NCBI GenBank assembly: GCA_032718475.1
Contig: JAUCBJ010004971.1
Coordinates: 1 to 49,823, forward strand
Length of the DNA stretch: 49,823 bases
Source: Nemertoderma westbladi
Taxonomy: Eukaryota > Animalia > Xenacoelomorpha
Direction: 5' to 3'
Part shown: one piece after another, positions 1-12,435 of the stretch
How positions within the stretch are numbered: the stretch's first letter is position 1
Layout of the letters: each line of letters begins with the position of its first letter
Notes under the pieces: model-generated
The model's input: only the letters and a program-made list of their open reading frames with translations
Told to the model about the DNA's origin: nothing
The model's database searches: none
Made by a program: the position numbers and the translations under genes

Positions 1-45
1 TACTCCTTTGAAGTTTGCCGACACTTGTATTTTAGACAGTAAGGA

Positions 46-3000
46 ATGCCTTGCTGCGCCTGCAACGTTAAGGCGGGCACTAGGCGGTGTAAAAACTGTT
101 TGTGCGTAAAGGAGGGTCGCCGTTGCTTCAACTGCGCACCAGGTAAGAAGGGCTTATGCGAAAATGAGGGGGTTTCATCGTCACAGCCGTTGCCCATACA
201 GAGCTTAGTCAGTATGCTGAAGCCGGCGTTTCTTTCTCAACCAGCGGCTCCGAATACGGATGGTGGGGATAATACGTTGACCGATGAGGACGACACTCTG
301 GTGGATACCCCTCCCTTTGTTTCTCCACTCACGTCACCGTGTGGGTTGCCATCCACAGTGGCGCTTATTTTCGCGACGCCCTCGTTTACAGTAGCCACGC
401 TGTCTACCGGACCCCGTACTGACGCCACGCTGTCTACCGGACCCCATACCGACGCCACGTTGTCTACCGGACCCCATGCCGACGCCACGCAGTCTACCGT
501 ACCCCGTACCGACGCCACGCTGTCTACCGGACCCCGTACCGACGCCACGCTGTCTACCGTACCCCGTACCGACGCCACGCTGTCTACCGGACCCCGTACC
601 GACGCCACGCTGTCTACTGAACCCCATACCAACGCCACGCTATGTACCGGACCCCATACCGACGCCACGCTGTCTACCGGACACCGTACCGATGCCACGC
701 TGTCTACCGGGCCCCGTATCGACGCCACGCTGTCTACCGGACCCCTTACTGACGCCACATTGGCTATCGAATCCCATACTCGTACCGGCGCCACACCGCC
801 TACTGGATCCCAGACCGGCGCCACACCGTCTACCGGATCCCAGACCGGCGCCACACCGTCTACCGGATCCCAGACTGGTGCCACACCGTTTACAGGACCC
901 CAGACCGGCGCCACACCGCCTACCAGACCTCGTACCGGCGCCACACCGTCTACTGGATCCCAGACCGGCGCCACACCGTCTACCGGATCCCGTACCGGCG
1001 CCACACCATCTACCGGAGCCCGTACTGGCGCCACACCGTCTACAGGGACCCACGTATGGTTTGAGCTAAAGCTTCCACTGGTGGATATTTTGACGCCTTT
1101 AGATCTCATCTATAAGAAAATAGTTCACTGGCGATCCAATTTGTTTCTGGTGCCCCAGGGGGCGGTTGGTAGACAACTAGTAGTGGAGATGACACGTCTT
1201 GTGAACTTGTTTACAACGGGGTCCCCTTTACAGGAGGCTGCGTTAACAGCGTTGATGTGTCTGCCTGCGTTGCTCCTACAGAAACCTAGCCGATCGTCAA
1301 ACACGGCAACTCATCGAAAAGTTCTGGAACGCCGCTTAAATGATTGGAGAAATGCGCGTTTCACCGATTTGATGGCAGAAGCAAGCGCAATACAGGGACA
1401 TCTCCCGAGACCGCCTAGACAACCGGAATCCCAAACTGAAGCTACGAGAAAAGCGTTCGTTCGGCATATGTTGACTGGAAATGTGTCAGCCGCTACTCGA
1501 TGCCTAAGTCAGATCAACCGAGGTACTCCAATGAAACTCGATGATTCATTCGTCGACAAGGATGGTACAACGAAGGTAGTTTGTAATGTTCTGTTAGAAA
1601 AACACCCCGTAGCTACTCTGGCAGATAGTTCCATCCTGCTTACAGAATTCGATCGCGCACCAGAGCACCACAGGGTGGTGTTTGAACGTATCGACGGCCA
1701 GCTGATTCTTTCCTGTCTCCTCCGAATGAAAGGAAACGCGGCAGGCCCCTCGGGCCTTGACGTACAGGGGTGGAAACACCTGCTGACGAAGTTTCGAAAC
1801 TACTCCGTGGATCTCTCCAACAGCGTTGCAGACATGGCGAAGCGGATCGCACAGGAGATTGTACCGAGGGGGGTGTTGTCATCTTACCTTTCCGCACGTC
1901 TTCTCGCGTTGGATAAGTGTCCGGGGGTTCGGCCCATCGGCATTGGGGAGGTGTTACGGCGGGTAATTGGGAAGGCGGCGATGTTCAGCATTAGTGGGGA
2001 CCTTCAGTCCGTAGGCGGATCCACCCAGCTCTGTATGGGACAGAAATCTGGTATCGAATTCGCCATACACAGCCTTAATGACGCATTCGCCGAGGAAGAA
2101 TGTGAGGCGATACTCCAAATTGATGCAACTAATGCATTCAACGTTCTTAATCGGGAGGCCGCCACACACAACATTAGCCTTGTCTGCCCATTGCTGCACA
2201 CAATCGTTGTAAATTGCTACGCGGAGCCATCGAACTTGTTTGTGGGAGGTGAGTCTATTTTCTCCTCGGAAGGTTCCACTCAAGGAGATCCGGTGGCGAT
2301 GCCAATGTTCGCCTCCGGTTTAACTCCATTCGTAGACGAACTCGAGACAGCGTGTACTGTGAACCAGAAATGGTTTGCAGATGATGGAAATGCGGCAGGT
2401 TCTCTAGTTGAATTGCGGAAGTTTTGGGATGTTGCTGTGAGGATCGGTCCTCTATACGGATATTTCCCCTCGAAATGTCGGTTGACAGTGAAACCTGACA
2501 AGCTCGGTGAGGCTGAATTACTCTTTGCCGGCATGGACATTGTCATAGACTCGGTTGGCAGCAAGCTTCTTGGGGGGGTGATCGGTTCAAAGGAGTTCAA
2601 GGAGGAGTTTATCCTTTCCAAGGTAGATGAGTTCGCGGAGGAGGTGGATCGACTCGCTGATATCTCCATGATGGACCCTCATTGCGCGTACGCGGGTCTA
2701 GCTTTCGGACTGTCGTGCAGATGGCGGTTTCTCGCTCGGGTTATACCAGGCGCCGTCGAGCAGTTCGATAAACTCGAGAAATTGGTGACGGCCGCTCTCT
2801 GTCGGATAGTCGACCGGCCGGCGTTGACCACGGAGGAACGACAGTTGCTCTCCCTCCCAGTCCGTGCTGGGGGGATGGGAATCCCGGTTCCGTCCGATCT
2901 GGCCACTCAGTATGACCATTCCAGGTTGGTTTGTGAGCCACTGAATGGCGCTTCCTCTGGTGATATGGCAGACGTCAGGAAGGAACAGCTACTCGCCGCC

Positions 3001-3159
3001 AATCGTGTAAAGGTACAGGCTGGCCTGCAAACAAAAAATAAAATCGCAGTTTGTAACGGGGACCTACTGCAAACCCAACAAAAACTAAGGGAATTAGTTT
3101 CAGAAAAGGGGGCGTCAACCTGGCTGAATACTAAACCGGTTACCGGACCTGAATACTAA
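46..3159 (+). mobile_element. CRE-clade (RLE-type) non-LTR retrotransposon ORF, RT intact, 3'-truncated before the endonuclease (CRE-1)
   Basis: 1037-aa ORF with N-terminal Cys cluster, CRE-type RT motifs (GPSGLD, ALDKCPGVRPIGIGEVLRR, IDATNAFN, GSTQGDP, WFADD, LSLPVRAGGMGIP, EKGASTWL). It stops before the zinc finger/RLE seen in the paralog at 5177-5860. Confidence 0.9.
391..1050 (+). repeat. Coding 30-bp minisatellite in CRE-1 (DATLSTGPRT repeats followed by GATPSTGSQT repeats)
   Basis: gacgccacgctgtctaccggaccccgtacc and cagaccggcgccacaccgtctaccggatcc tandem units, in frame with the ORF. Confidence 0.95.
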
Positions 3160-3349
3160 ACCGGTTATCTATGGTCTAACTATGTACTATCTATGTACTA
3201 TCTATGTACTAACTTTCTACCATCTCTATGTGCAAAATGCATACTTGACAACTGTAATAGTAGTAATGCCGGCTTAACAAAAACATTTCGTCACCACTAT
3301 GCAATCTACAATTGGCAAGCCCAATGAAGCGTGCATTAAGAATGATATC

Positions 3350-3530
3350 CCGGTTTATCCCCCGCCACAACTCCCTATCGCCCATGACTTTCGCGAGATT
3401 GTCCTCATCATAAAGGCCAGTGTCCTTTAGGAGGCATCTCAAGAAAGACATGGGCTGTCCACTATGCTTGTTTTCTCCATGGGGCCGCCAAAGTACAAGA
3501 TTATGCACAGTCTGGTCCTCATGGTGAAAA
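3350..3530 (-). mobile_element. 3' fragment of an RTE-like LINE ORF2
   Basis: LVLWRPHG...GQP...LLKDTGL...VMGDRELWR resembles the C-terminus of RTE-type LINE ORF2 proteins. Confidence 0.6.
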
Positions 3531-3740
3531 CAATGCACTTCACAGCGGCAAAGTGCATACTAGAGTTGAGCAATTGAGCATACTTTAGTGTTTACTGCAT
3601 ACTTTAGTACAGTAAATGTAGTTTACATATTAGCAATGCACTTCACAGCGGCAAAGTGCATACTAGAGTTGAGCAATTGAGCATACTTTAGTGTTTACTG
3701 CATACTTTAGTACAGTAAATGTAGTTTACATATTAGCAAT
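3531..3740. repeat. 103-bp direct tandem duplication
   Basis: caatgcacttcacagcggcaaagtgcatactagag...acatattagcaat occurs at 3531 and again at 3634. Confidence 0.9.
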
Positions 3741-3839
3741 TTTTAATCAAATTTAATTACCGAAATTCCCACTATAGTAGGTGGAATATGACCTAGAACT
3801 AGCTAGTCCCTATTGTTTTTTTGACCTGGACATAAAGAC

Positions 3840-3862
3840 ATGACATGTGGAAAATCCTACAA
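3840..3862 (+). CDS. Possible first coding exon of the SLC35G-like gene (MTCGKSYK)
   Basis: ATG at 3840, phase-2 GT donor at 3863, 49-nt intron to AG 3910-3911. The phase matches the next exon, but the intron is very short. Confidence 0.3.
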
Positions 3863-3911
3863 GTATATGACGTTATTTAATATATTTTATTATACAGTAT
3901 ATTACTTGCAG

Positions 3912-4036
3912 GAAGTCGTTATGTAATTCTCTTCTCGGTTTACTATTCGCCGCCATAGCAACTGTACTCTACAGTCTAACAGCTGTGATTTATAAAAAGT
4001 CAGGTCTTTCCATCGGATCCTATTTTCTAATAAAAG
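3912..4036 (+). CDS. Coding exon of SLC35G/EamA-like transporter (TM1)
   Basis: ttacttgcag|...aaag|gtaag boundaries. Encodes KSLCNSLLGLLFAAIATVLYSLTAVIYKKSGLSIGSYFLIK; the phase-1 end joins gt-ctt-aaa at 19202 to make Gly in frame. Confidence 0.75.
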
Positions 4037-4337
4037 GTAAGAAATTTATTAAACAGTTCAATATGCCCATTACGTCCAATGACCAATAGGTCTCATTACG
4101 CCTTACAGAAACTTATTGGTATGTCTGTTTAACTTATAAAACTTTAAAAAAGGAAATGTCTTAGAAGCTGTATATATAATATATTGGTCACACCATTACT
4201 TATAATTTTTTCGAAGTATAAGATAATATCTGAAATGTTAGGAAGATCCATTTATGAAAATGCATTTATATACGACATATTGCACTGCTGTAGTGTCATT
4301 AGGCCAACTGTAATACTGACGAATAATGCCGTGCAAT

Positions 4338-4576
4338 GATTCCAAATATGTAAAAACATTTGAATTTGGTTGGGAAATAGCTGAGATATGGGCATTCGAA
4401 AGTTGCATGTATTTGCTTCATTTGCAGGCCATTTATTCTATTTAATAAATACACAATGTTCTAGAACATTTTGTTTATCTCGTATGTAGCTGGAGGTGTA
4501 ATACTATGCAACATATGAACGCATGTATCTCAGCTATTTTTCAACCAAATTCATATAGTGTTACATATTTGGAATC
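4338..4576. mobile_element. MITE-like remnant with ~60-bp imperfect inverted repeats
   Basis: gattccaaatatgtaa...tgaatttggttgggaaatagctgagata versus tatctcagctatttttcaaccaaattca...ttacatatttggaatc. Confidence 0.55.
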
Positions 4577-4655
4577 CTTATATGGCCAGCTTTCCACTAG
4601 AACCTACAAATCACTATAAGGTTGAAGAATAATAACTGGAGTGTAAAGATTGAAC

Positions 4656-4974
4656 TGTGACGGGATCATAGATCCCCACCGGGTTAGTGATGTACGCGTG
4701 ACCGTTTCGCTGAAGTAGCTGTGCTATAGTGATTTTGGCCGAAGGCCGTCGGGGAAATAATCGAGTTTGTGTTTATCAATATTAATCTTCCGAAATGATA
4801 ATAGCACAGAACTATGTATGTAATTAATACCACGATACAAAATAACAGCAGAAAATACACAGATATTAATTGGTTATGTTGGTAGCGGTGACGGTCATAA
4901 ACTATGACTGGTCTGCAACTCTGTGATTAGTGAACTGACCGGTAAATCAGTAATACAGAATAATATATCATTGA
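4656..4974 (-). repeat. Distal part of BEL-A 3' LTR (ends ...CCCGTCACA on minus)
   Basis: Near-identical to 18597-18915; abuts the poly(A) tail of CRE-2. Confidence 0.85.
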
Positions 4975-5176
4975 TTTTTTTTTTCTCACAAGTCTTGTTT
5001 AATTACAGAATATTAAAAACTTTCAAAAATGCACACATAAAACAACACCAATCACCTATTTACATTGAACAAACAATTAAAATGGAGCGGGAAATTTAAA
5101 AAGTTTAAAGTTTATGTATTTAACAGTTTGAACCCGCTACCTACCAAATACACTGATACCTCCCCGGCCCCACAAC

Positions 5177-5860
5177 CTACACTGACACCTCCAAGTCCGC
5201 ATTAACGAGGATGTTTGAAGTGTCGGCGACCTGGTGTACTGGCCGGTTGCGCGCCGAACGCGATCCACGGAGGCACATGAGGCTGGCCCGTAGGAGCGCG
5301 AAGCTAACCTGCCGTCTCACCCAGTTGCAGCACTCAGCGTACCGGATGTTGCGTTTCTCGGCCAGCCTCAAACTTAAGTGTTTGAAGAACTGCCTGGTAG
5401 TAGGTGACATCCCACCGAACGCGGAGAAAATCAGAGGAGTGAAAGTTGCGAGCTCCAACTCGCGAACCCGTTCCTCGTACTTGTTCCGCTTCCTCGTCTC
5501 GTGGAACGAGTGCGCACCCTCCAGCGACATTGCGGCATTGGTCACTGCTAGGGGGTTGAACACAGACACGTCTATGAAGGTCTTCTGGAACCGGTTACCC
5601 CAGAAGCCAGAAGCTGATACGTCCAGACGTGCCTGCTGGTCGATGGAAGTGGATTGGCGGTCGAATATCTCACCCGTAATTGGCAGCAGGTGCGGTTCCA
5701 CGGTGACATTGTGGGCAACCTCAGTCTGCGTATCGGCCACGAAATCCCTGATCTCGTTGTGACGGATTGATGGGAATCCACCTGTAGGACACGACAGAAT
5801 ATGTTGAACTTAAAATCGTGTCCCACAGGCACAACAAGCTGGAAGAGACTGGGGTTGCCA
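5177..5860 (-). pseudogene. Zinc finger plus restriction-like endonuclease (RLE) domain of CRE-2
   Basis: CACG...HILSCPTGG...RHNEIRD, then ARLDV...FIDVSVFNP...HETRKRNKY...FTPLIFSAFGG, the PD-(D/E)xK-type RLE signature. Confidence 0.85.
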
Positions 5861-7559
5861 ACCATACTGCAGACAGACAGCGTCGCAGAACTCCTCCTTA
5901 TTAAGGTGGGTACTGTTGAGGGTTATCGGTCGCGAGTTGATCCACGTCGACGCTCCCTTCTCGGACACTAACTCGTTCAACTTCTGCTGCGGGTCGCTGA
6001 GTTTGGCACGACACACTATGATGTCCCACATCTTCCACAGCTCCAACAACGTACCCACGCCGTTACCTTCATCAGCGTACCACTTCTGCACCACATCAGA
6101 AACGTCATCCACCTCGCCAACCAGAGGGAGCACACCCGCGGCGTACATTGGCATCGTGACAGGGTTGCCCTGGGTCGATCCTTCCTCCGATAGGAGAAAC
6201 TCTCCACCGATGAACAGCTTGGTTGGAGTGGAGTATCAATTGGTGACCATGGTATGTAGGGCCAGACAAACGTGTTGGATATTGTGCACGGCTGTGGCGC
6301 GGTTGAGCGAATTAAATGCATTGTTTGTGTCTATCTGGAGGATCGCCTCGCACTCATCCACAGCGAAAGCGTCATTGAGCACATGGATCGCGTGTTCGAT
6401 CTCTGCCTTCTGTCCCACACACAACTGCACCATCCCGCAAACAGCCTGGAGATCCGCCGAGATGCAGTGGATCGTCGCCTTCCCAATAACCCATCGGAGC
6501 ATTTTGCCGATTCCTATCGGTCGGACGCCTGGACATTTATCCAATGCAATTAATCGCGCTGCCAATAGTGATGAGAGGCTACCTGGCGATACAATGGACT
6601 GAGCAATCTTCTTCGCTAAATTTGCAAAGGTCCACTGATGAGTTGCGGAACTTGGTGGCGAGGTGTTTCCACCCTTGGGCATCCAGCCCTGACAGTCCGG
6701 CCGCATTACCGTGTATTCGCAGTAAACAGTTGAGAACGAGTTGCGCATCTATACTCTCAAAGATGACACAGTGGAACTCAGGTGCTCCTGGAAACCGACT
6801 GAGTAGAATCGAGGGGTCGGCTGGCGATGCGGCCGGGTGCTTATCCAGCAAAGCTTCCTGAACCGACTTGGTTACTCCGCGCTTATCCGTCACCATCTCA
6901 TCTAAACTAAGAACACGATTTCTGGCAAGCTCGTTCAAACATCGCGTTGCTGCCGCTACGTTTCCAGTAAGCATATGCTTACAAAACGCCTTCTCTGCCG
7001 ACTCGTTCCGCTGTTTAAAGGCTCGCGATGTTGACTTAAGTAGGTGGGCTTGGATCGGCCTCGCCGCAACCAGTAATTCGTCGAACCTGGCCAACTTCCA
7101 GGAAGTTAAACGCCGTTCCAGAACCTTCCTATATGTTGCAGTGTTCGAAGAACGGCTTGGCTTCTGCAGTAACAATGCGGGGAGAATCATTAACGCTGTA
7201 ATCGCAACTTCCTCCATTAATGAACCCGAAATAAACAAATTCATGAGGCGGGACATCTCATCCACTAACTGGCGCCCAATTGCACCGGGTGGGAGCAGGA
7301 ACAGGTTGGGGCGCCAGTGAACTATTACATCATACACTTTATTAATCTTGTTAGATAATTCCAAAACAGGAACAATGTTTGTAAACCATTTGACTGACGT
7401 AGTAGCAGCGGTTGATTGAGCCAACATGGCATTCGGGGTTCCAGTCAGTGTAGTTGCACCACCAGACACTGTGGGTGCCCAGGGGACAATACCAGGCAGC
7501 GCGGGGGCCCGAGGGACAACACCATATACCGCGGGGATCTGAGGGACAACATCAGACTC

Positions 7560-8770
7560 TGTGGTGACGTCCTGGGTCGAGGGGACAGATACACAGTCAT
7601 CCGGGGCCAAGGGGATGGAAACACCATCATCCGGGGCCGAGGGGATAGATACACTTTCATCCTGGGCTGAGGGGACAGATGCACCGTCATCCTGGGCTGA
7701 AGGGACAGATACACAAACGTCCAGGACCGAGGGGACAGATACACCATCATTCTGGGCTGAGGGGACAGATACACCGACAACCGAGGCTGAGGGGACAGAT
7801 ACACCAACGTCCGGGACAAAGGGGACAGATACACCGACATCCGGGATCGAGGGGACAGACACACTGACATCCTGGGCTGAGGGGACAGATACACCAACGT
7901 CCTGGGTCGAGGGGTCAGATACACCGTCATCCTGGGCTGATGGGACAGAAACACCGTCATCCGGGGCTGAGGGGACAGATACACCAACGTCCGGGACCGA
8001 GGGGACAGATACACCATCATTCTGGGCTGAGAGGACAGATACACCGAAAACCGGGACATCATCCTGGGCTGAGGGGACAGATACACCAACGTCCGGGACA
8101 AAGGGGACAGATACACCGTCATCTGGGGCCGGGGGGACAGATACGCCAACATCCTGGGCTGAGGGGACAGAAACACCGTCATCTGGGGCCGAGGGGACAG
8201 ATACACCAATGTCCGGGACTGTACCAACCCCAGACAGACAGGGACCTACTCCAGACGGCTCGAGACCAACTCCAGACTGACTCGTACCAACACCAGACAA
8301 CCCTGTACCAACCGATGACAATCCTGGGCTAAAACCGGACTGACTAATACCAACTGCAGACTGACCGGGACCTACTCCAAACAGCTCGGAACCATCAGCA
8401 GACTGATTCGTACCAACCCCAAACAACTCTGGGCCAACACCAGACTGATCAGTACCAACCTCTGGACCAACACCAGACAGACCAGTATCAACCCCAGACA
8501 ACCCTGGGCCAACACCAGGCTGACAAGTACCAACCACAAACAGGCCAGGACCTACTCCAGACGTCTCGAGACCATCACCAGGCTGACTTGTACCAACCCG
8601 AAACAACCCTGGGCCAACACCAGACTGACAAGTACCAACCCCAGACAAACAGGGAACTACTCCAGACAGCTCGAGACCATAACCAGACTGACTCGTACCA
8701 ACCCCAGACAACCATGGGCCAACACCAGACTGACCAGTACAAGCACCAGACAGCTCGGGACCATCACCGG
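7560..8770 (-). repeat. Coding minisatellites in CRE-2 (30-bp DVGVSVPSAQ array and 21/42-bp SGVGPGL/SGVGTSQ array)
   Basis: gaggggacagatacacc.. units every 30 bp at 7560-8220; Gly/Val-rich 7-aa units at 8220-8770. Confidence 0.9.
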
Positions 8771-9159
8771 TGTGACTAGGAATTGCCCCAGACTTAACGC
8801 CAACAGATGAAGATGAGAGAGATAATAACGTTCCATCATTGTCCAACAAGGTTTCATCTGCTGATGGAGAACATGTATCTAATGGCTGAGAAAGGAACGT
8901 CCTCGTTAACTGAACAGCACTGCCCCGGTCCGGCAGTGGCTGGGAAGATGACGGCTGAACTAATGACGTAACGACGTTTTCACAATTCCCGTTCTTCCTC
9001 GCGGCGCAACTGATACTACAGTTTCTACATGCTTTCGCGCAGATGCACTTCCTGCACCGACCAGTCTTCCCGTTGCAGCCACAACAGGCTGCCATCTAAG
9101 AACAACTAGGCAACGCGTGTGGCGAGTAGCTGCCGATTTCCGTCCAAGTGGTGTCAAGC

Positions 9160-9619
9160 AGTCTGGCAGTCAGATTACAGTAGGCCTTTTATATCAGTAA
9201 GTCAGTGCCAGTACAGTCAGTTGAATTACTAACACACTACTCATACTACTCATACTTGATACACACAGATATTGGTTTTACCTCTTACTCTACTTGGCCT
9301 TCTGTACCCAGTGGATGCTTTCCTATCTCTGATCACGTGCTTCCCTCCCTGCTATTGGCTAATATACGAATTGTCACTTTGGCACTCCCTGTGAGTTTTT
9401 CCCCCTGCTGCTAGCCTCTACTAGCTGTGTTCTCCCTCCGAGTGGTTTGACCTCTCACCACTCTCTGTGGCTTTAGGGCTTGTGTCGCCCCCCCCCCCCC
9501 CCCAAAGTTGGTTATGAGGCGAGATTATTATTGGTAATCTCGTATCCCCAACTATATTGATAAAATGCCACTGGTCCCATTCTAAGGTGGATAATGTAAC
9601 ATAATTGAATCCGCTTACA
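9160..9619 (-). repeat. Proximal (U3) part of BEL-A 3' LTR with TATA box
   Basis: Starts TGTAAGCGGATTCAATT after a PPT and aligns with the start of the LTR at 37929 (TGTGAGTGGATTCAATT). TATAAAAG at 9193-9186. Confidence 0.7.
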
Positions 9620-10399
9620 CTGCCCCCATGCTATCTTCCCGGTGAGAAGAGAGCATCAACCTTAAGTGCGCTTCAATTCCGCTGGAACCCAATCTAATAT
9701 CGGGTGTGGGGTGGAGTTCTTTTCTCGGGGTTGGCTTTCCTGACCGCCCCCCCTGGGTATGTTATTACTACCCCTGCTTGGTGCAATAGCGAGCTATGTT
9801 GCACCAAGGTATCTGGTGTCTCTGTTTGAGACAATTGTGCTCTCTCGTCACACAATTTTCTACAACCTCACTCTAATCTTACTCTCGGACCTCTCTGTCC
9901 TTTACTCTCTCTCTCACGGACCTCGTCATCCCTTACTCTCTCTCTCACGGTCCTCGTCGTCCCTTATTCTCTCTCCAGTCCCTTGGGACTCTTCCTCTCT
10001 CCCTGCTCGCTCCCCACGCTTGAATTGCACTCCTCTCATTTCTACGCATGTCAACACCTCCTCTCCATACTTCCCCCATTCTCCTATACTCAACCCATCT
10101 TTTCTCCACTCACCCCTGACGAGCCTCATCCTCCCCTTTGTGCCGTCGCACTCAAGAAGCGTGATCCGTCTAGTGCCTTGTCCTCCTGTCATAGTCAATT
10201 GGTCCCCAGTCCCAGTAGCTAATTGGAAAAGGTTGTATATGACTATAGTAGTTAGTTTGATTATATATTTATATTGATCTGATCATATTGATTATCTACA
10301 TATGTACATACTAATTGCACTTAATTATTTTGCACTTAGGAGTTCGTATTTATTCTCAAATGTGGTGCCTTCCAGGCGCGCCCATATCTCACTCTCTGA

Positions 10400-12435
10400 G
10401 TTCTAGTTCGCTCCTCCCGTCTTCGGGTACCATCTCAGTTCCTTCCCCCTGTCATCGTCTTGTCTGGGCCGCTTCCTTCCCTCCAGCTTCTCCTCCCTGA
10501 GACTTCTCATTCTTGTCGTTACCGCCTTGCTAATCCCCATCGTCGATTCTTTGGGCGCTGGATTCTTTGGAACTCCCGGTAATGCTTTGCAGGTGGCCCT
10601 TCCGAGTGCCCTTCCTGCTTCCCCCCGGTAGCGTCCCACAGGATCATTTTCATCGCTTGCAGCACGTGTTGCGCCAGAAAGTCCCTGAACTCGCCCATGT
10701 TCTCTGGCATCCATCTATCCAAGTATCTCTGCATGTTGACGACTCCTCCATACGATGCCTCTGTCGCTACCTCCTGGTATATGAATGGCAGTCTCCTCTT
10801 GATAATCTCCTGGTGGGCTCACGGATTGATGTTGAAGAAGCCCCACCGGAACTCCTGGGCCTTCATCCTCTGCCGCGTCATGACGCCGATGTCGGCCCAC
10901 TCCTCGAAGATCTTAAACTTCACTTCATCATTCATCCAGTCGCACTGGCACCCATAGTGCCCTCAAAAGTTACACTTTGAGCAGCGGTTGTGCAGCCTCA
11001 GACATGCACCCATCCTATGGGTCGACTCGCGGCAGTAGAGGCAACTCGTCCCCTTCTGGAATCGATACAAACCGCTCTTTTCCTGGTGAGTCAGCCCCCC
11101 GCAGTAGTCACAGCCGTGTATCAACGCGTCCCGCCCCACATCGTCCTTTGCCCCGAGCAGTCTCCTAGGTTTGTGGAGCCGTTGATAGGCAAACATCTGG
11201 ACATTATGGTCCCTACCCATATCCACGTCCTCCTCCCCCTTTGGCATCGTCTCCCCCAACACTACCTGTGGTGCCGTTCCCGGCTGCTCGCCCAACCTGA
11301 TGGTGCTCCACGCGAAATTCATCGCTGGCGCCTCGTGCACCCAGGCCCGTTTGCCGGGTTTATCCCAGAAGGCTCTCGCCCCGCTGGCCGTCACCACTCT
11401 CCTGCCCACCCAGTCCGTATCTGAGTGGCCAATCCTCTCAATGGGCGGCATCTCCCCGAACTCGTCGTCATCTTCCTCCCTTGCTGGGAGTGGATCCGGG
11501 CCCAGTAGCCCGGTAGATCCACTGTGCCCCTTTCCGCCTCGGTTTCAACCCGTAACTTTCCACCCTTCCTACTCCCTTGGTCTCTTCCTTGCGAAATCGC
11601 CCTCGGAGCCCCCTGGTATGAGCATCACTTGCAATCCCGATGTCGACTGTTTCGGCGATCCCTCCTTCCATCCCAGTTCCTCCCCCAGAAACTCGCCCGA
11701 GCTCCCTGATCCCCACCTTAGCTCGTCCAAGTCCTGGGCTTCGAACCCATACTCCTCTCCCCTTATATCTGCCTCTCTCTCATCTGCTTCTCTCCTTTCT
11801 CACCTGGCGATTTTTTCCAGCCTCTTCTCCTCGACTCTATCCACTCCTGTCTTCTCCCACCTCTTGTATGGTGTGTCCACCTCTCTATCTACTAGGTGCC
11901 GGCTATCGTAGTACACTGACTCGCCCTTCAGCCCCGGGTGGTCTACCAGACCTTTGAAGGCCACCTTAAAGGCTCTCCTGTAGTTTAGAGGTGCTCCTGA
12001 TAGCAGAAACGCCGTTGGCTCTCTTCCGATAACCATGGCCATGAATAGGTTTAATAAACCTATCATTATCCAATCCTCCTGTAAGATATATCTCTTCTGA
12101 TATATCTTTATCGCTCCCCTTCGGAACGGATATACCTCCTGTTTCTCTGGCCTCACTCCCCATTTCAGCGAGTTCGTCAGTTCCACTCCGTACTCCTCTC
12201 GGAACTTACCCCAGTCCATCGGCTTGTGGCAGACAAGCCCCATGAGCTGGCCCATCGCCACTGCTCCACAATATCCTGTGCCCACTCCGTGCTCCTCCCG
12301 GAACTTACCCCAGTCCATCGGCTTGTGGCAGACAAGCCCCTTGAGCTGGCCCATCGCCACTGCTCCACAATGTCCTGTATTCTCTACCACCCCCAAAGTG
12401 CCAATTTTTCTTAGTTTTATTTTTAATTTTATCAA
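10400..12435 (-). pseudogene. Degenerate extra ORF of BEL-A with tandem CCHC zinc knuckles, unknown function
   Basis: Reading through TGA stops gives CLYCRESTHRMGACLRLHNRCSKCNF*GHYGCQC...FEEWADIGVMTRQR...WGFF. Confidence 0.55.

Larger units (their letters stand above)
4975..9160 (-). mobile_element. CRE-clade non-LTR retrotransposon CRE-2 (frameshifted RT, internal deletion, RLE domain, poly(A) tail)
   Basis: ORF pieces 6579-9095, 6236-6748, 5810-6154 and 5177-5740 align with CRE-1. A10 tail at 4975-4984 is preceded by ATTAAA. The 5' boundary is approximate. Confidence 0.9.

Noticed and set aside
237-1109. Antisense and alternative-frame ORFs over the CRE minisatellites (also 7445-8332)
   Set aside because: Stop-free frames are a by-product of GC-rich 30-bp repeats.
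6634-6660. CTGATGAG as another hammerhead core
   Set aside because: No stem II followed by GAAA; it lies within CRE RT coding sequence.
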